Shown piece after piece: positions 10,369 through 19,330 of a DNA stretch of 64,000 bases. Each line of letters starts with the position of its first letter. Position 1 is the first letter of the stretch. The notes beneath the pieces are model-generated. The model had not been told where the DNA came from. It did no database searches and saw only the letters and a list, made by a program, of their open reading frames with translations. Source of the stretch: Nitrososphaerota archaeon. GTDB lineage: Archaea; Thermoproteota; Nitrososphaeria_A; Caldarchaeales; Calditenuaceae. The stretch lies in assembly GCA_041641295.1 (NCBI GenBank), contig JBEPYO010000001.1, forward strand, positions 78,678 to 142,677, read 5' to 3'. The position numbers were made by a program, and so were the translations under genes.

Positions 10369-11147
10369 ACCCTAAGCACCCCCTCCCGAACCAGACTCTC
10401 CACAAGCCTCTCAGCACACTCGAGAGGATCACCCTCCAACACAATGTTTCTGCGCGCAGTCTTCAAAGCCCGGACCGAGAGCCTCTCGACAAGCGGCTCC
10501 ACAAGATCCCTTTCTAGTCCCAGCTCTGAGAGGTCAACCCGCGTTATCGGCTTCTTAGACGCGGCCCTTATCATGAGTAGGCTTGGAAGCCTCGGAGAAG
10601 CCAGCTCTAGGCTGGCTGTTATTATTAGCGGCAGCTCAGACTCGAGGGTCTCTGTCCTATCCTCTAGGCTGCGTCTTACCCGTACTATGTTCCCACTCAA
10701 CTCGACGCTGACTGCATGTGTTATGCATGGTATTCCCATCGCCTCTGAGAGTCTGGGGCCGAGCTGGTAGTTCCCAGCGTCTGAGGATGCCTCACCGCAA
10801 AAGAGTATGTCCGCCCCTCCCGCCTTTTTTGAGAGCCTTGAGAGGACGTTTGCAGTAACCCATGCATCGGCCATAGAGAGCCTAGGATCGCTGACGTAGA
10901 AACACCTATCAGCACCCATGGCGAGGGCTTCGCGGAGGACAAGCTCGTTCACGGCGTCGCCGGCCGAGAGTACTACCACTTCACCGCCCCAGCCCTCCTT
11001 AATCCTTAGGGCAGCCTCTAATGCAACTAAGTCCGCCTCACCCAGCCTGAGTGTGGCCTTCTCAAGCCTCGGAGCCAGCGTAGAGGGGTCATATTCTAAG
11101 GTTGAGATGTCGGGAACCTGCTTTACAAATACGTGAATAACCGGCAA
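10365..11147 (-). CDS. etfB: Electron transfer flavoprotein beta subunit
   Basis: 'VKQVPD' N-terminus, 260 aa, immediately upstream of etfA on the same strand. Confidence 0.8.
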   Translation of the reverse strand: MPVIHVFVKQVPDISTLEYDPSTLAPRLEKATLRLGEADLVALEAALRIKEGWGGEVVVLSAGDAVNELVLREALAMGADRCFYVSDPRLSMADAWVTANVLSRLSKKAGGADILFCGEASSDAGNYQLGPRLSEAMGIPCITHAVSVELSGNIVRVRRSLEDRTETLESELPLIITASLELASPRLPSLLMIRAASKKPITRVDLSELGLERDLVEPLVERLSVRALKTARRNIVLEGDPLECAERLVESLVREGVLRV

Positions 11148-11282
11148 GTCTCGGTCTCAGAAAATCACCCGCCCATCCCATTATTTATAGTGGTGGACTC
11201 TACTTGGGCGCCTCAAGGGGTTTGATGACCCATTGTTGTAGGCCCCTGAGAAATAAATATTGGGAGAGGACAGGTCATTCCA

Positions 11283-11771
11283 ATGAACCTCTCTAGGCTG
11301 CCGCAAGAGGTTGAGGCTGTTTTAGAGGGAGCGCTCGTCGCGATTTTAACCGTCATTAACGAGAGGAATGAGCCTGTCTCACATCCCATGCTACCACTAT
11401 ATGACCGCGAGAAAGGCGTGCTCTACTTCACCTCGAGCATTCTGTTCAGCAAGAAGCTCGAACACATCAAGAAAAACCCGCGAGTCTCTGTACTAATATC
11501 TCAGCGTGAATATGTGAAGTCTGAGCAATACCACGCTGTCGAGATTAAAGGTGATGCAAGGGTACTAGACCGAGACTTAAGCCGTGAGTGGCAGAGGCTA
11601 TTACCCCTTTGGAGGAAGAAAGAGCCTTATATCGACGCATACGTTAAGCAGAGGTTTGCCCTGCCCCTCTTCTGGGAGAGGGCCATCATAGAGGTTCAGC
11701 CGAGAAAAGTAAGGGTCTGGCGCGACGGCGACCTAGAGAGGGAGCCCGAACATTATAGCCTTGGTGGGTAG
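11283..11771 (+). CDS. Pyridoxamine 5'-phosphate oxidase-like (PNPOx) FMN-binding split-barrel protein
   Basis: 162 aa. 'ALVAILTVINERNEPVSHPM...KKNPRVSVLISQ' is typical of PNPOx-like or F420-binding split barrels. Confidence 0.5.
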   Translation: MNLSRLPQEVEAVLEGALVAILTVINERNEPVSHPMLPLYDREKGVLYFTSSILFSKKLEHIKKNPRVSVLISQREYVKSEQYHAVEIKGDARVLDRDLSREWQRLLPLWRKKEPYIDAYVKQRFALPLFWERAIIEVQPRKVRVWRDGDLEREPEHYSLGG

Positions 11772-11773
11772 GG

Positions 11774-13093
11774 ATGATCCAGATCGACGATTTGAGGAAG
11801 TTTGAGCAGGTTGCGATGGCTTTCATCGACGAAGACGGATACCCCTCGACGATACCTCTGGTCACCAGTAGACTGGACGGGGACGTTAAGCTTAAGCTGC
11901 CAAGAGGCATAGAGGGTGGCAAGGTTGAGGGCAAAAAGGTCAATCTCATATTAAATCACATTACGCCACTTCCCGCGGGCGGATATACAGACCGGCGGTA
12001 CATAGTCTTCAGAGGCCTATCCCGAGTGAGGGACGACACCCTCAGTGTAGAGATGGAGAAAGTCTATACCTGGGACGAGAGAACGACACCATTTCCAGAA
12101 TATGTTGAGGTCTCGACATCGAGGGCTAGGCGATATCTTGAGGGGATCGGGAAGAGGCTTGGAGAAACTTTTAGACCAAGCATAGGTGCCTTCTGGAGCT
12201 TTTTCAGGACGGTGCGGCTACCATTCCTAATTGCGACGGCTGTACCGGTCGCGATTGGAGCGGGTGCTGCATTTTATAGAGGGTTCTTCGACCCGATACT
12301 CCTACTCCTAACGCTCCTGGGCCTCTCATGCATACATTTGGCACTGAATGTGGCAAACGATTATTTCGATACTATCTTGGGCGCCGACACAGCCAACAGG
12401 AGACCCACACCATTCAGCGGAGGGTCAAGAGCGATAATATACGGCATCGTCAACATGCAGGAGGCTAGATTGATCTATACATCCCTTTTCGTAGGTGGTG
12501 TGGTTACAGGCGCATATTTGGCGGTCACTAGAGGCTTGTTAGAGATTGCAATACTCACCGGTCTCGGATTGTTTCTCTCATACTTCTATACTGCGCCACC
12601 GCTTAAGCTGGCCTATAGGGGGCTTGGTGAAGTTGCAGTATTCCTCGGCTTCGGCCCAATAATCGTCCTTGGAACATATTTCGTCCAGACCCAGAGCATA
12701 GGCCTAGATGCTGTAGCCGCCTCGATACCTATAGGCCTCTTGATTATGCTGATACTCTACGTTAACGAGATACCGGACGCGCCATATGACAGGGAGGCGG
12801 GGAAGATGACCCTCCTTACAAGGTTCACGAAGGCGCAGGCATTATTCTTTCTCGCCGCCTCGTTCACAGCCACGTATCTAAGCATCTCCCTGATACCCCT
12901 ACTCAATTTAGGGCCAGCATCCGTGATGATAGCTCTTGCCGGAGCCCCTCTCGCCTATCGCGTCTATAGGGGTGTTAAACAGAACTACGGCGACCCCTAC
13001 CGGATGATTGGTGTCATGTCTCTAAACGTGAAGACCGCTGCGATAACAGGTTCTCTCCTAGCAGCAGGCTACTTTATCGGTGCAGCCCTATAA
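11774..13093 (+). CDS. Fusion protein: an N-terminal PNPOx-like split-barrel domain of about 130 aa joined to a MenA-type UbiA polyprenyltransferase
   Basis: N-terminal domain 'AFIDEDGYPSTIPLVTSRL...'. Membrane domain has the first Asp-rich motif 'NVANDYFDTILGADTANRR' and the second motif 'YVNEIPDAPYDREAGKMTL', with 8-9 hydrophobic segments. Confidence 0.6.
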   Translation: MIQIDDLRKFEQVAMAFIDEDGYPSTIPLVTSRLDGDVKLKLPRGIEGGKVEGKKVNLILNHITPLPAGGYTDRRYIVFRGLSRVRDDTLSVEMEKVYTWDERTTPFPEYVEVSTSRARRYLEGIGKRLGETFRPSIGAFWSFFRTVRLPFLIATAVPVAIGAGAAFYRGFFDPILLLLTLLGLSCIHLALNVANDYFDTILGADTANRRPTPFSGGSRAIIYGIVNMQEARLIYTSLFVGGVVTGAYLAVTRGLLEIAILTGLGLFLSYFYTAPPLKLAYRGLGEVAVFLGFGPIIVLGTYFVQTQSIGLDAVAASIPIGLLIMLILYVNEIPDAPYDREAGKMTLLTRFTKAQALFFLAASFTATYLSISLIPLLNLGPASVMIALAGAPLAYRVYRGVKQNYGDPYRMIGVMSLNVKTAAITGSLLAAGYFIGAAL

Positions 13094-14518
13094 CCCGCGA
13101 CTATTTCGCCGCTGCATCTCTACCACCCTAAGGTCAGGCCACTTAATTCTGAGGGCAAGTGGAATGTTAATGATTGATAGGGCCCATGCGATGCCGAAGG
13201 AAATAATGCTGGGGTAATAAATCGTCTCAAGGGAGCCGAGTGCTATGGGAGCGTTGGCGAAGGGGGCCCACATGGTCTGTGAGCCGAGAGATCCGCCGAA
13301 GCTTCTGAAGAAGGTCAGAATAGAGGTTAGAAAGCCAAGCTCTGCTGAGGTGGCTAAAGTCTGAATCGTGATCAATGTCGTGGGGACGGTTAAGCCCATG
13401 GAGGTGCCCACCATTATGAGCGGCGGTATCAGGAGCCAATAGCTCGGGGCAAGAATGTTTGTAGCTATTAGGAGCGTGAGCGCTGCAAGAAAAAGGCCGA
13501 CTCCTGTCTTGATCATGGGGCCTGGCCCATACTTGACTATGAGGCGTGAAGAAATGTTTGCAGCGAGAACCCATCCTAGGGTTGTGGGGGCCATAAGTAG
13601 ACCAGCCGCTGTAGGGGGTAAACCATAGAACCATTGAAGAATAGGGGGTATTACGGTTACTGTGCCGAAGAATGAGAAGCCTATCACTCCATTGATTGCG
13701 AACAATGTGAAATTCAGTCTGTCTGATAAGAGTCTGAACGGTATGAAAGGTGTTCTCTCCGCCCTTTCAACGCGTATGAAGAGGGGGGTAGCGATAAGAG
13801 CTACAATTGCTGTAAGCGATACTGCCTGCCAGCCGAGTAGTGGGGCGTCGATTAGCAGGAGGAGGCAGGTCGCGATTATTGTAAATAGTATGAACCCTTT
13901 TGTGTCGAGGCTTCTGTCCCTCTGCCTTGACCCCAGCCCCTTTAGGCTCTTCATCCCCATTACAAGGGCAACCAGCGCGGGCGGGATGTTAATGAGATAG
14001 ACCCAACGCCACCCAAGCGCGTCTACTATCATCCCACCCATCGGCGGGCCGAGAATGCTACCAACAGCCCAGACAGTTGAAGTATATCCTGTTACACGTC
14101 CCCTTTCCTCAAGCGTGAACAGGTCCCCAATAATGGTGAACGTTAAGGCGAATATAGCCCCCGACCCTATACCCTGCAATAGTCTGAAAAGCACGAGCGT
14201 CTCCATGCTCCACGATATCCCACACAGGAGAGAGGCAACTAGGAAAACCACTAGGCCGGTGTTATAGATCAGCCGCCTCCCATACAGGTCTGATAGCCTG
14301 CCCCAAACCGGTATCGAGATTGTAGACGAGAAGATGAAGATCGTGATAGGCCAGTTGTAGAGTGCTTGGCCTCCGAGCTCGAGGACAGCCCGGGGCATCG
14401 CGATGGGAACGATAGTACCCTCTAATGAGGCCATGAATAGGCCCGTGATAAGACCAATCAGAATGCGCCACTTATTTAGGGGGCCATCAGCCACGCAATT
14501 TGAGGCAGTTATAGCCAA
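13088..14518 (-). CDS. Major facilitator superfamily transporter, 14-TM drug:H+ antiporter-like
   Basis: 476 aa and highly hydrophobic. MFS motif 'GRLSDLYGRR'. Confidence 0.7.
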   Translation of the reverse strand: MAITASNCVADGPLNKWRILIGLITGLFMASLEGTIVPIAMPRAVLELGGQALYNWPITIFIFSSTISIPVWGRLSDLYGRRLIYNTGLVVFLVASLLCGISWSMETLVLFRLLQGIGSGAIFALTFTIIGDLFTLEERGRVTGYTSTVWAVGSILGPPMGGMIVDALGWRWVYLINIPPALVALVMGMKSLKGLGSRQRDRSLDTKGFILFTIIATCLLLLIDAPLLGWQAVSLTAIVALIATPLFIRVERAERTPFIPFRLLSDRLNFTLFAINGVIGFSFFGTVTVIPPILQWFYGLPPTAAGLLMAPTTLGWVLAANISSRLIVKYGPGPMIKTGVGLFLAALTLLIATNILAPSYWLLIPPLIMVGTSMGLTVPTTLITIQTLATSAELGFLTSILTFFRSFGGSLGSQTMWAPFANAPIALGSLETIYYPSIISFGIAWALSIINIPLALRIKWPDLRVVEMQRRNSRGL

Positions 14519-14546
14519 TTTAAACGTTATGTGTGAGAAGAGGAGT

Positions 14547-15446
14547 CTATCCTTTCCAGAGGGAGATTATATTGAGTAGTGCTAAGACAGAGTAGACTGC
14601 CTCCTCTGTCCTCACACTTCTTACACCTTGATATGGTATAAAATTCACACAGATGTCAAATATCTCCTCCAGTCTGGAGTTTTGAAGCTCAGCAATCTCT
14701 GCTAATCCTCGCTTATAGGAGCCGAAAGCCACACATACCGGGCCTCTAACCGTCTTAAGTGCCTTGCTGAGCCTATCCCAAACCTCTACTACAGGCTCAC
14801 CATCCCTGTCAGTTGCGATCGAGTATCTATAATTCTTGACTATCTCTTTTAGCGTTCCCTTGTGGGTTGAGATTTTTGTCCCGAGGTAGTAGGGGAGCTC
14901 GTCGCGGCGCTTTATCTTGAACCTTATCTTCTTTCCATGCGACTTGACCAGCAGCAGTACCCTAGACCCGTGCCTTCTCGGCGCTTCTAAGACGATGGGC
15001 TTCTTTAGACCCGCGTGCAGTATAGTTAATTCTCCCCTCCTCTCAAATAGGCCTTCTCTGAGCTCCCATGCATCGCTGGGTGGGATGGGTGATGGAGGGT
15101 GCGTGGGGATGTTGAGTGGTGGTAATAGCCCAGCATATCTCAGCTCAGGTCTAAGTCTGAAAAGCTTTTTTCTAAGGTAGGGCGGTGTTGATAGATATTC
15201 ACATATTAGTTTTATCAGCTCCGAGTTTTTGCTGGGCTTTTCAGGCTCCTCCTCGTAGATAATCATTTGGCTTACCCTGAATATTGTCATCGCCCTGAAG
15301 AGGAACCCTATACGCATCGTCTTCTCTCGAAGATGTGCCGCATCCTCGGCGTAGGTGCTGGGTATCAGGACATGTATCTCAGGGACCGCAGCTGGCGGGG
15401 CCCTGACGCTAAATGTCGAGGACGAATCTGACGAACGCCCTTCCAT
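14547..15446 (-). CDS. Putative SPOUT-superfamily RNA methyltransferase with an inserted OB-fold, COG2106-like
   Basis: 299 aa. The C-terminal knot-like region 'VCVAFGSYKRGLAEI...FIPYQGVRSVRTEEAVYSVLALLN' and the Pro-rich inserted segment resemble the COG2106 architecture. The assignment is tentative. Confidence 0.4.
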   Translation of the reverse strand: MEGRSSDSSSTFSVRAPPAAVPEIHVLIPSTYAEDAAHLREKTMRIGFLFRAMTIFRVSQMIIYEEEPEKPSKNSELIKLICEYLSTPPYLRKKLFRLRPELRYAGLLPPLNIPTHPPSPIPPSDAWELREGLFERRGELTILHAGLKKPIVLEAPRRHGSRVLLLVKSHGKKIRFKIKRRDELPYYLGTKISTHKGTLKEIVKNYRYSIATDRDGEPVVEVWDRLSKALKTVRGPVCVAFGSYKRGLAEIAELQNSRLEEIFDICVNFIPYQGVRSVRTEEAVYSVLALLNIISLWKG

Positions 15447-15849
15447 CCTCCTTCTTCACCTCCATCAGCCAGTATGTCGGCGACTTCACATGGGTCCCAG
15501 GCCTGTGCCTACCCTCATCATACTGCTCACCCCAAACCTCTCCCCTCACCTTAAAGACATCCGATTCGACCAGCTCTTCCACCCTAACCTTACAGCCTAC
15601 AAACCGGTCAATCTCAAAGAGGAGAAGTAGCTTCTCAAGCCACTCGTAGAGGAGGGATAGGTGGTCGTACCCCTCAGCCTCTACAACTCTCTTTGATGCG
15701 GGTGATATCGACTCGAGATTGCTCACTAGGGTCTCGAATAATGCCATTCCAGCCTCTTCAAACGCCTCCTTCAAATCCGAGCCAAATGCCTCGACGTATA
15801 TGTCGCTGGTATGCTCGAGGAAGCGCCTACCCCTCATACCACTAGCCAA
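15409..15849 (-). CDS. Archease, the RtcB tRNA-ligase cofactor
   Basis: 'FLEHTSDIYVEAFGSDLKEAFEEAGMALFE' matches the archease 'EHTADI' signature. 146 aa. Confidence 0.8.
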   Translation of the reverse strand: MASGMRGRRFLEHTSDIYVEAFGSDLKEAFEEAGMALFETLVSNLESISPASKRVVEAEGYDHLSLLYEWLEKLLLLFEIDRFVGCKVRVEELVESDVFKVRGEVWGEQYDEGRHRPGTHVKSPTYWLMEVKKEDGRAFVRFVLDI

Positions 15850-15897
15850 GTCTCCCCGCCCAGAGATAAATCAGGCCCTCGCCGCGGATAAATCTTA

Positions 15898-16899
15898 ATG
15901 ATAGCTGGGAAGATGTTACACAGGTTGGTCAAGAGGGTCTCGGTTCGAGTTCCATCAAGCACGGCTAATCTAGGTCCAGGCTTCGACGCCTTCTCCATGG
16001 CTCTCGAGGAGCCACATTTGGAACTTGTGGTGGAGAGGGTTGAGGGGGGAGAGGGTGTAGTGGTTGATGTTTATGGCCCCTATCGCCACCGCGTCCCCAC
16101 CGACCCACACCGAAACGCGGCGGCAAAAGTTCTCCTTAAGCTGGCCGAGAAGAGCGGCGGCACACAGGGTTTGAGAGTTGTTATAGACGCTTCGATTCCG
16201 GTGGCTAAGGGTCTCGGGTCCTCGGGAGCTGAGGCGGCAGGCGCAGTTGTGGCGGGTGAGCGAATTCTCGAAATGGTTCTTAACGAAGAGGAGAGGATTA
16301 GGATTGCGGCTTCAGCCGAGCCCGGGTCGCATGCCGACAACGTGATAGCATCCCTCCTCGGAGGGTTCAACATAATTGACAACTCTCCCGCAGGGCTGAC
16401 CTACCTTAACATCAAGCCCCCAGACTACATCGGATTGGTTATACTGGTCCCAGTCGTTGAGAAGAAGTCTACCGACGAGGCGCGCAAAATCCTCACAAGT
16501 CCTCCAACCCTGACAGAATATTCACAAGCCCTCTCGAGGTCATCCCTCATCTCAGCAGCACTGGCATTGGGCAGGATGGACCTACTCTTGAAACTTATTC
16601 CGTTTGACCCCTTCATCGAGAAGGTCAGAGCTAACGCCGGCCTATACGGCCCTGGATACAGGTGGGAACACCTACTCGAAGAGAAAAAGAAATTACTGAG
16701 CGAATATGGCGTCGCCCTTTGTATCAGCGGCTCGGGGCCCTCACGACTCTTAATTTACGACGTGCGAAGAGGAGTAGAGAAGATTGAGCGTGCAGTCGAG
16801 TACCTCTCTGAGCGTATTGAAAGATTGGCTGGAGGCCTCGAGAAAGTTATATACACGAGGCCTACAACCCAAGGTGCAAAGATCATTGAGGAGCATTAG
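15898..16899 (+). CDS. thrB: Homoserine kinase
   Basis: GHMP kinase with the ThrB signature 'VRVPSSTANLGPGFDAF', 333 aa. Confidence 0.75.
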   Translation: MIAGKMLHRLVKRVSVRVPSSTANLGPGFDAFSMALEEPHLELVVERVEGGEGVVVDVYGPYRHRVPTDPHRNAAAKVLLKLAEKSGGTQGLRVVIDASIPVAKGLGSSGAEAAGAVVAGERILEMVLNEEERIRIAASAEPGSHADNVIASLLGGFNIIDNSPAGLTYLNIKPPDYIGLVILVPVVEKKSTDEARKILTSPPTLTEYSQALSRSSLISAALALGRMDLLLKLIPFDPFIEKVRANAGLYGPGYRWEHLLEEKKKLLSEYGVALCISGSGPSRLLIYDVRRGVEKIERAVEYLSERIERLAGGLEKVIYTRPTTQGAKIIEEH

Positions 16900-17088
16900 G
16901 CTTAACCCCGCGAACAATGTATCCACTCTTACCTCCGGGTAGGATAATTAAGACGTCCCCACACCTCTTACACCTGAAATACAGATTCTCACCCCCCTCC
17001 GTCCTCTGGCCGCCCAAGAACTCGAGATCTTCATGCCTACACTTCTCATCCCCCAATACCCTCCCCTCCCACTAACTATTCAGCACAC

Positions 17089-17099
17089 ATAAATTAATA
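17089..17099 (+). promoter_or_regulatory. TATA-box-like element 'ATAAATTAATA', about 30 bp upstream of the tRNA-Pro 5' end
   Basis: An AT-rich hexamer at the canonical archaeal -26/-30 position relative to the tRNA start. Confidence 0.4.
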
Positions 17100-17127
17100 T
17101 GGGGATCTTCTGGATGAGTTGGTTGAA

Positions 17128-17219
17128 GGGGCCGTGGTCTAGCATGGCTATGACGCCAGCCTGGGGAACTACACGGTCCTGAGCGCTGGAGGACGTGGGT
17201 TCAAATCCCACCGGCCCCA
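17128..17219 (+). tRNA. tRNA-Pro (anticodon GGG) containing an intron of about 17 nt in the anticodon loop
   Basis: Acceptor stem GGGGCCG/CGGCCCC with discriminator A. T-arm GTGGG-TTCAAAT-CCCAC. Anticodon stem CCAGC/GCTGG is separated by 24 nt, giving loop 'CTGGGG' plus an intron at about 17166-17182. The 5' end 'GGGGCCGTGG' is like archaeal tRNA-Pro. Confidence 0.65.
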
Positions 17220-17269
17220 CCCCCAGAAAACTTGGACAGGCCGCGCAAAAGATTTGTAGCTGAGGGCGC

Positions 17270-18361
17270 GTGAATAAATATTTATTTGAAGTGTGGGATA
17301 GAATTTTGAAAGTAATGAGCAGCAGAGAAGAACTTGCCAAAAAATTCCTTGTTAGGAAGTTGAGGCCGATTGAAATAGGTGAGAAAAGTATTAGTCAATT
17401 GCTGGACTCGATGGCTATGACGGGCTTTCAAGGCCGTAGGCTCGGAGAGGTTGTGAAGGTTTGGGAAACGGCATGTAGAACAGAGAATACCGTGATATTC
17501 CTAGGGCTCGCGGGTTCTCTAAGCACGACGGGGCAGAGCGAGATAGTAAAATTCCTCATAAGAAACAGGTTCATCGACGTACTTGTCTCAACCGGTGCAA
17601 ACATAACGGAAGACCTAGTGGAAGCACTTGGCGCCAACTATTACATGGGAGAGCCAAACCTCGACGATTCCGAGCTGTTTAAGGCAGGCATCTATAGATT
17701 CCACGACGTCTTGGTAAGGGATGTAGACTACTTTAAGATGGAAAAGATGCTCGCGGATTTCATGGCGCAGCTTGACCGTACCAAGGTCTATTCTTCAGCC
17801 AAGTTTCTGAATCAGCTTGGGGCTTGGCTTGACGGAAAGGGGGTTAATGGTATTCTGACAGAAGCGTGGAGAAGTGGTGTTCCCGTCTTCTCACCGGCAC
17901 TTGTAGACTCGGGTATGGGGGTAGCATACCTTCTAAACAAGTATCGGCATGGTGAGGGTTTCAAACTCTTGATAGACCATTTCGCCGATTATGAATTAAT
18001 CGTCAAGATAAAGGCGAAATTTGCCGACAGTGCAGCGATCTTTATCGGGGGTGGTGTTCCCAAGGACTTCATACAGCTTGCAGCTGTGGCAGTCGATGTT
18101 CTACTCTCCGGCGACTTATCCAAATACAGGCCTCACAGGTTCGCAGCACAGATAACCACAGACAGCCCCCACTGGGGAGGCCTCTCCGGCGCCACATTGG
18201 ATGAGGCTAAGAGCTGGGGGAAAGAGAGCCCGGACAGCATGACCGTTCAGTGCTTCTGCGACGCCACAATCGGGCTCCCACTCGTGGCTCATGCCCTCTA
18301 CGAGAAGCTAGGGCGAAGAAAAGACCCGCCTGACCTCAGCTGGGTGTTTAAGGAAGGCTAA
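17270..18361 (+). CDS. Deoxyhypusine synthase-like protein, a divergent paralogue. The start may be the internal Met at 17315.
   Basis: DHS fold with 'GGGVPKDF' in place of the canonical GGGxxKHH. The catalytic-Lys region 'EAKSWGKES' is retained. 363 aa. Confidence 0.7.
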   Translation: MNKYLFEVWDRILKVMSSREELAKKFLVRKLRPIEIGEKSISQLLDSMAMTGFQGRRLGEVVKVWETACRTENTVIFLGLAGSLSTTGQSEIVKFLIRNRFIDVLVSTGANITEDLVEALGANYYMGEPNLDDSELFKAGIYRFHDVLVRDVDYFKMEKMLADFMAQLDRTKVYSSAKFLNQLGAWLDGKGVNGILTEAWRSGVPVFSPALVDSGMGVAYLLNKYRHGEGFKLLIDHFADYELIVKIKAKFADSAAIFIGGGVPKDFIQLAAVAVDVLLSGDLSKYRPHRFAAQITTDSPHWGGLSGATLDEAKSWGKESPDSMTVQCFCDATIGLPLVAHALYEKLGRRKDPPDLSWVFKEG

Positions 18362-19311
18362 CCGAGGAGGACAGACGCTAATAGGGGAAGAATCAAGGTG
18401 GCGTCTCCGTAGATTGTGACTTTTCTAGCGTGGGTTTTCAGTTTGCCCCAGCTTATGGCCTCCTTCAGTGGCGCCCCTGTCAGGCTTCCATCCCACTCGT
18501 TCCCGGTCGTGACGTAGACTGCATAGTCTAGGCCACCCCCAAACTGGTTCAGCCACAAGAGGTGATGCTTGCTTATTCCACCCCCTATTATGAGGCCGCC
18601 CCTCCTGACCTCTTTGAAGAGGTTATCGGAGAGCCTGTCATAGTCCCTGAAGAGATTTAGCCTAAAGTCTCGATGCGTTGTGTGAAACATCCAGAGCTGG
18701 GTTCCAGCGGCACCATCCATTATACCGGGGACTACCACGTCCACGTTAGCCTCAGCGGCAGCCCTTAAAATCGACCCCTCTGGAAGACGCCTCCCTATCT
18801 CCCTAGCAAGCTCGATAGTCCCAATCTCTCTCACCCCCTTGTCGTAAAGCTCGTTCAGTAGACCGAGCATGAAGCGCTCAATCGCGAGCCCGTAGTTCTC
18901 CTCAGGCACAATGACCGAGCCGACACGGTGTAGTCCATGCTCACGGAGCTCCCCATCATCCAACTCGAAGGCGCCCTTGTAATAGTTGCCCAGACTCCTT
19001 GCAATGTCATGGTCAATGGTCCCGCAGGTAGTCACCACGTATTTGAAGATTCCTCGCCTTATGATGCTGGCCAAGACGCCTCTTAGACCGGTGGCTGTGA
19101 GGGAGCCTACGAAAGAGAGCCATCGCACACATTCCCGGTCACTAACCATCTCTCTAAGTATTCTGCACCCTTCAGCAAGGTAACTGGCCATAAATCCTCC
19201 CGAGGCTGCGAAATGCTCCACTAGATTGCTTATCGTTGTGTCGGCTGAGAGGGTGTAGTCCTTAACAGGCTCCTCTCCTTTGAAACCGCCCCTCCTATCC
19301 TTATATCTCAC
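18358..19311 (-). CDS. dys: Deoxyhypusine synthase, canonical
   Basis: 'IIGGGISKHHLLWLN' and the catalytic-Lys motif 'EAISWGKLK'. 317 aa. Convergent with the paralogue and overlapping it by 4 nt. Confidence 0.75.
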   Translation of the reverse strand: MRYKDRRGGFKGEEPVKDYTLSADTTISNLVEHFAASGGFMASYLAEGCRILREMVSDRECVRWLSFVGSLTATGLRGVLASIIRRGIFKYVVTTCGTIDHDIARSLGNYYKGAFELDDGELREHGLHRVGSVIVPEENYGLAIERFMLGLLNELYDKGVREIGTIELAREIGRRLPEGSILRAAAEANVDVVVPGIMDGAAGTQLWMFHTTHRDFRLNLFRDYDRLSDNLFKEVRRGGLIIGGGISKHHLLWLNQFGGGLDYAVYVTTGNEWDGSLTGAPLKEAISWGKLKTHARKVTIYGDATLILPLLASVLLG

Positions 19312-19330
19312 GTAAATAGTCTATGCCCGC

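Noticed and set aside
11210-11260. C/D-box-like words (TTGATGA ... 20 nt ... CTGA) flanked by a short GGGG/CCCC stem, in the etfB/PNPOx divergent promoter
   Set aside because: Only a half-unit (one C-like and one D-like box), with no C'/D' pair. Its placement inside a promoter makes chance occurrence likely.
13227-13634. 135-aa minus-strand ORF inside the MFS transporter gene
   Set aside because: It is an alternative frame of a well-supported membrane protein gene, His/Pro-rich and not protein-like.
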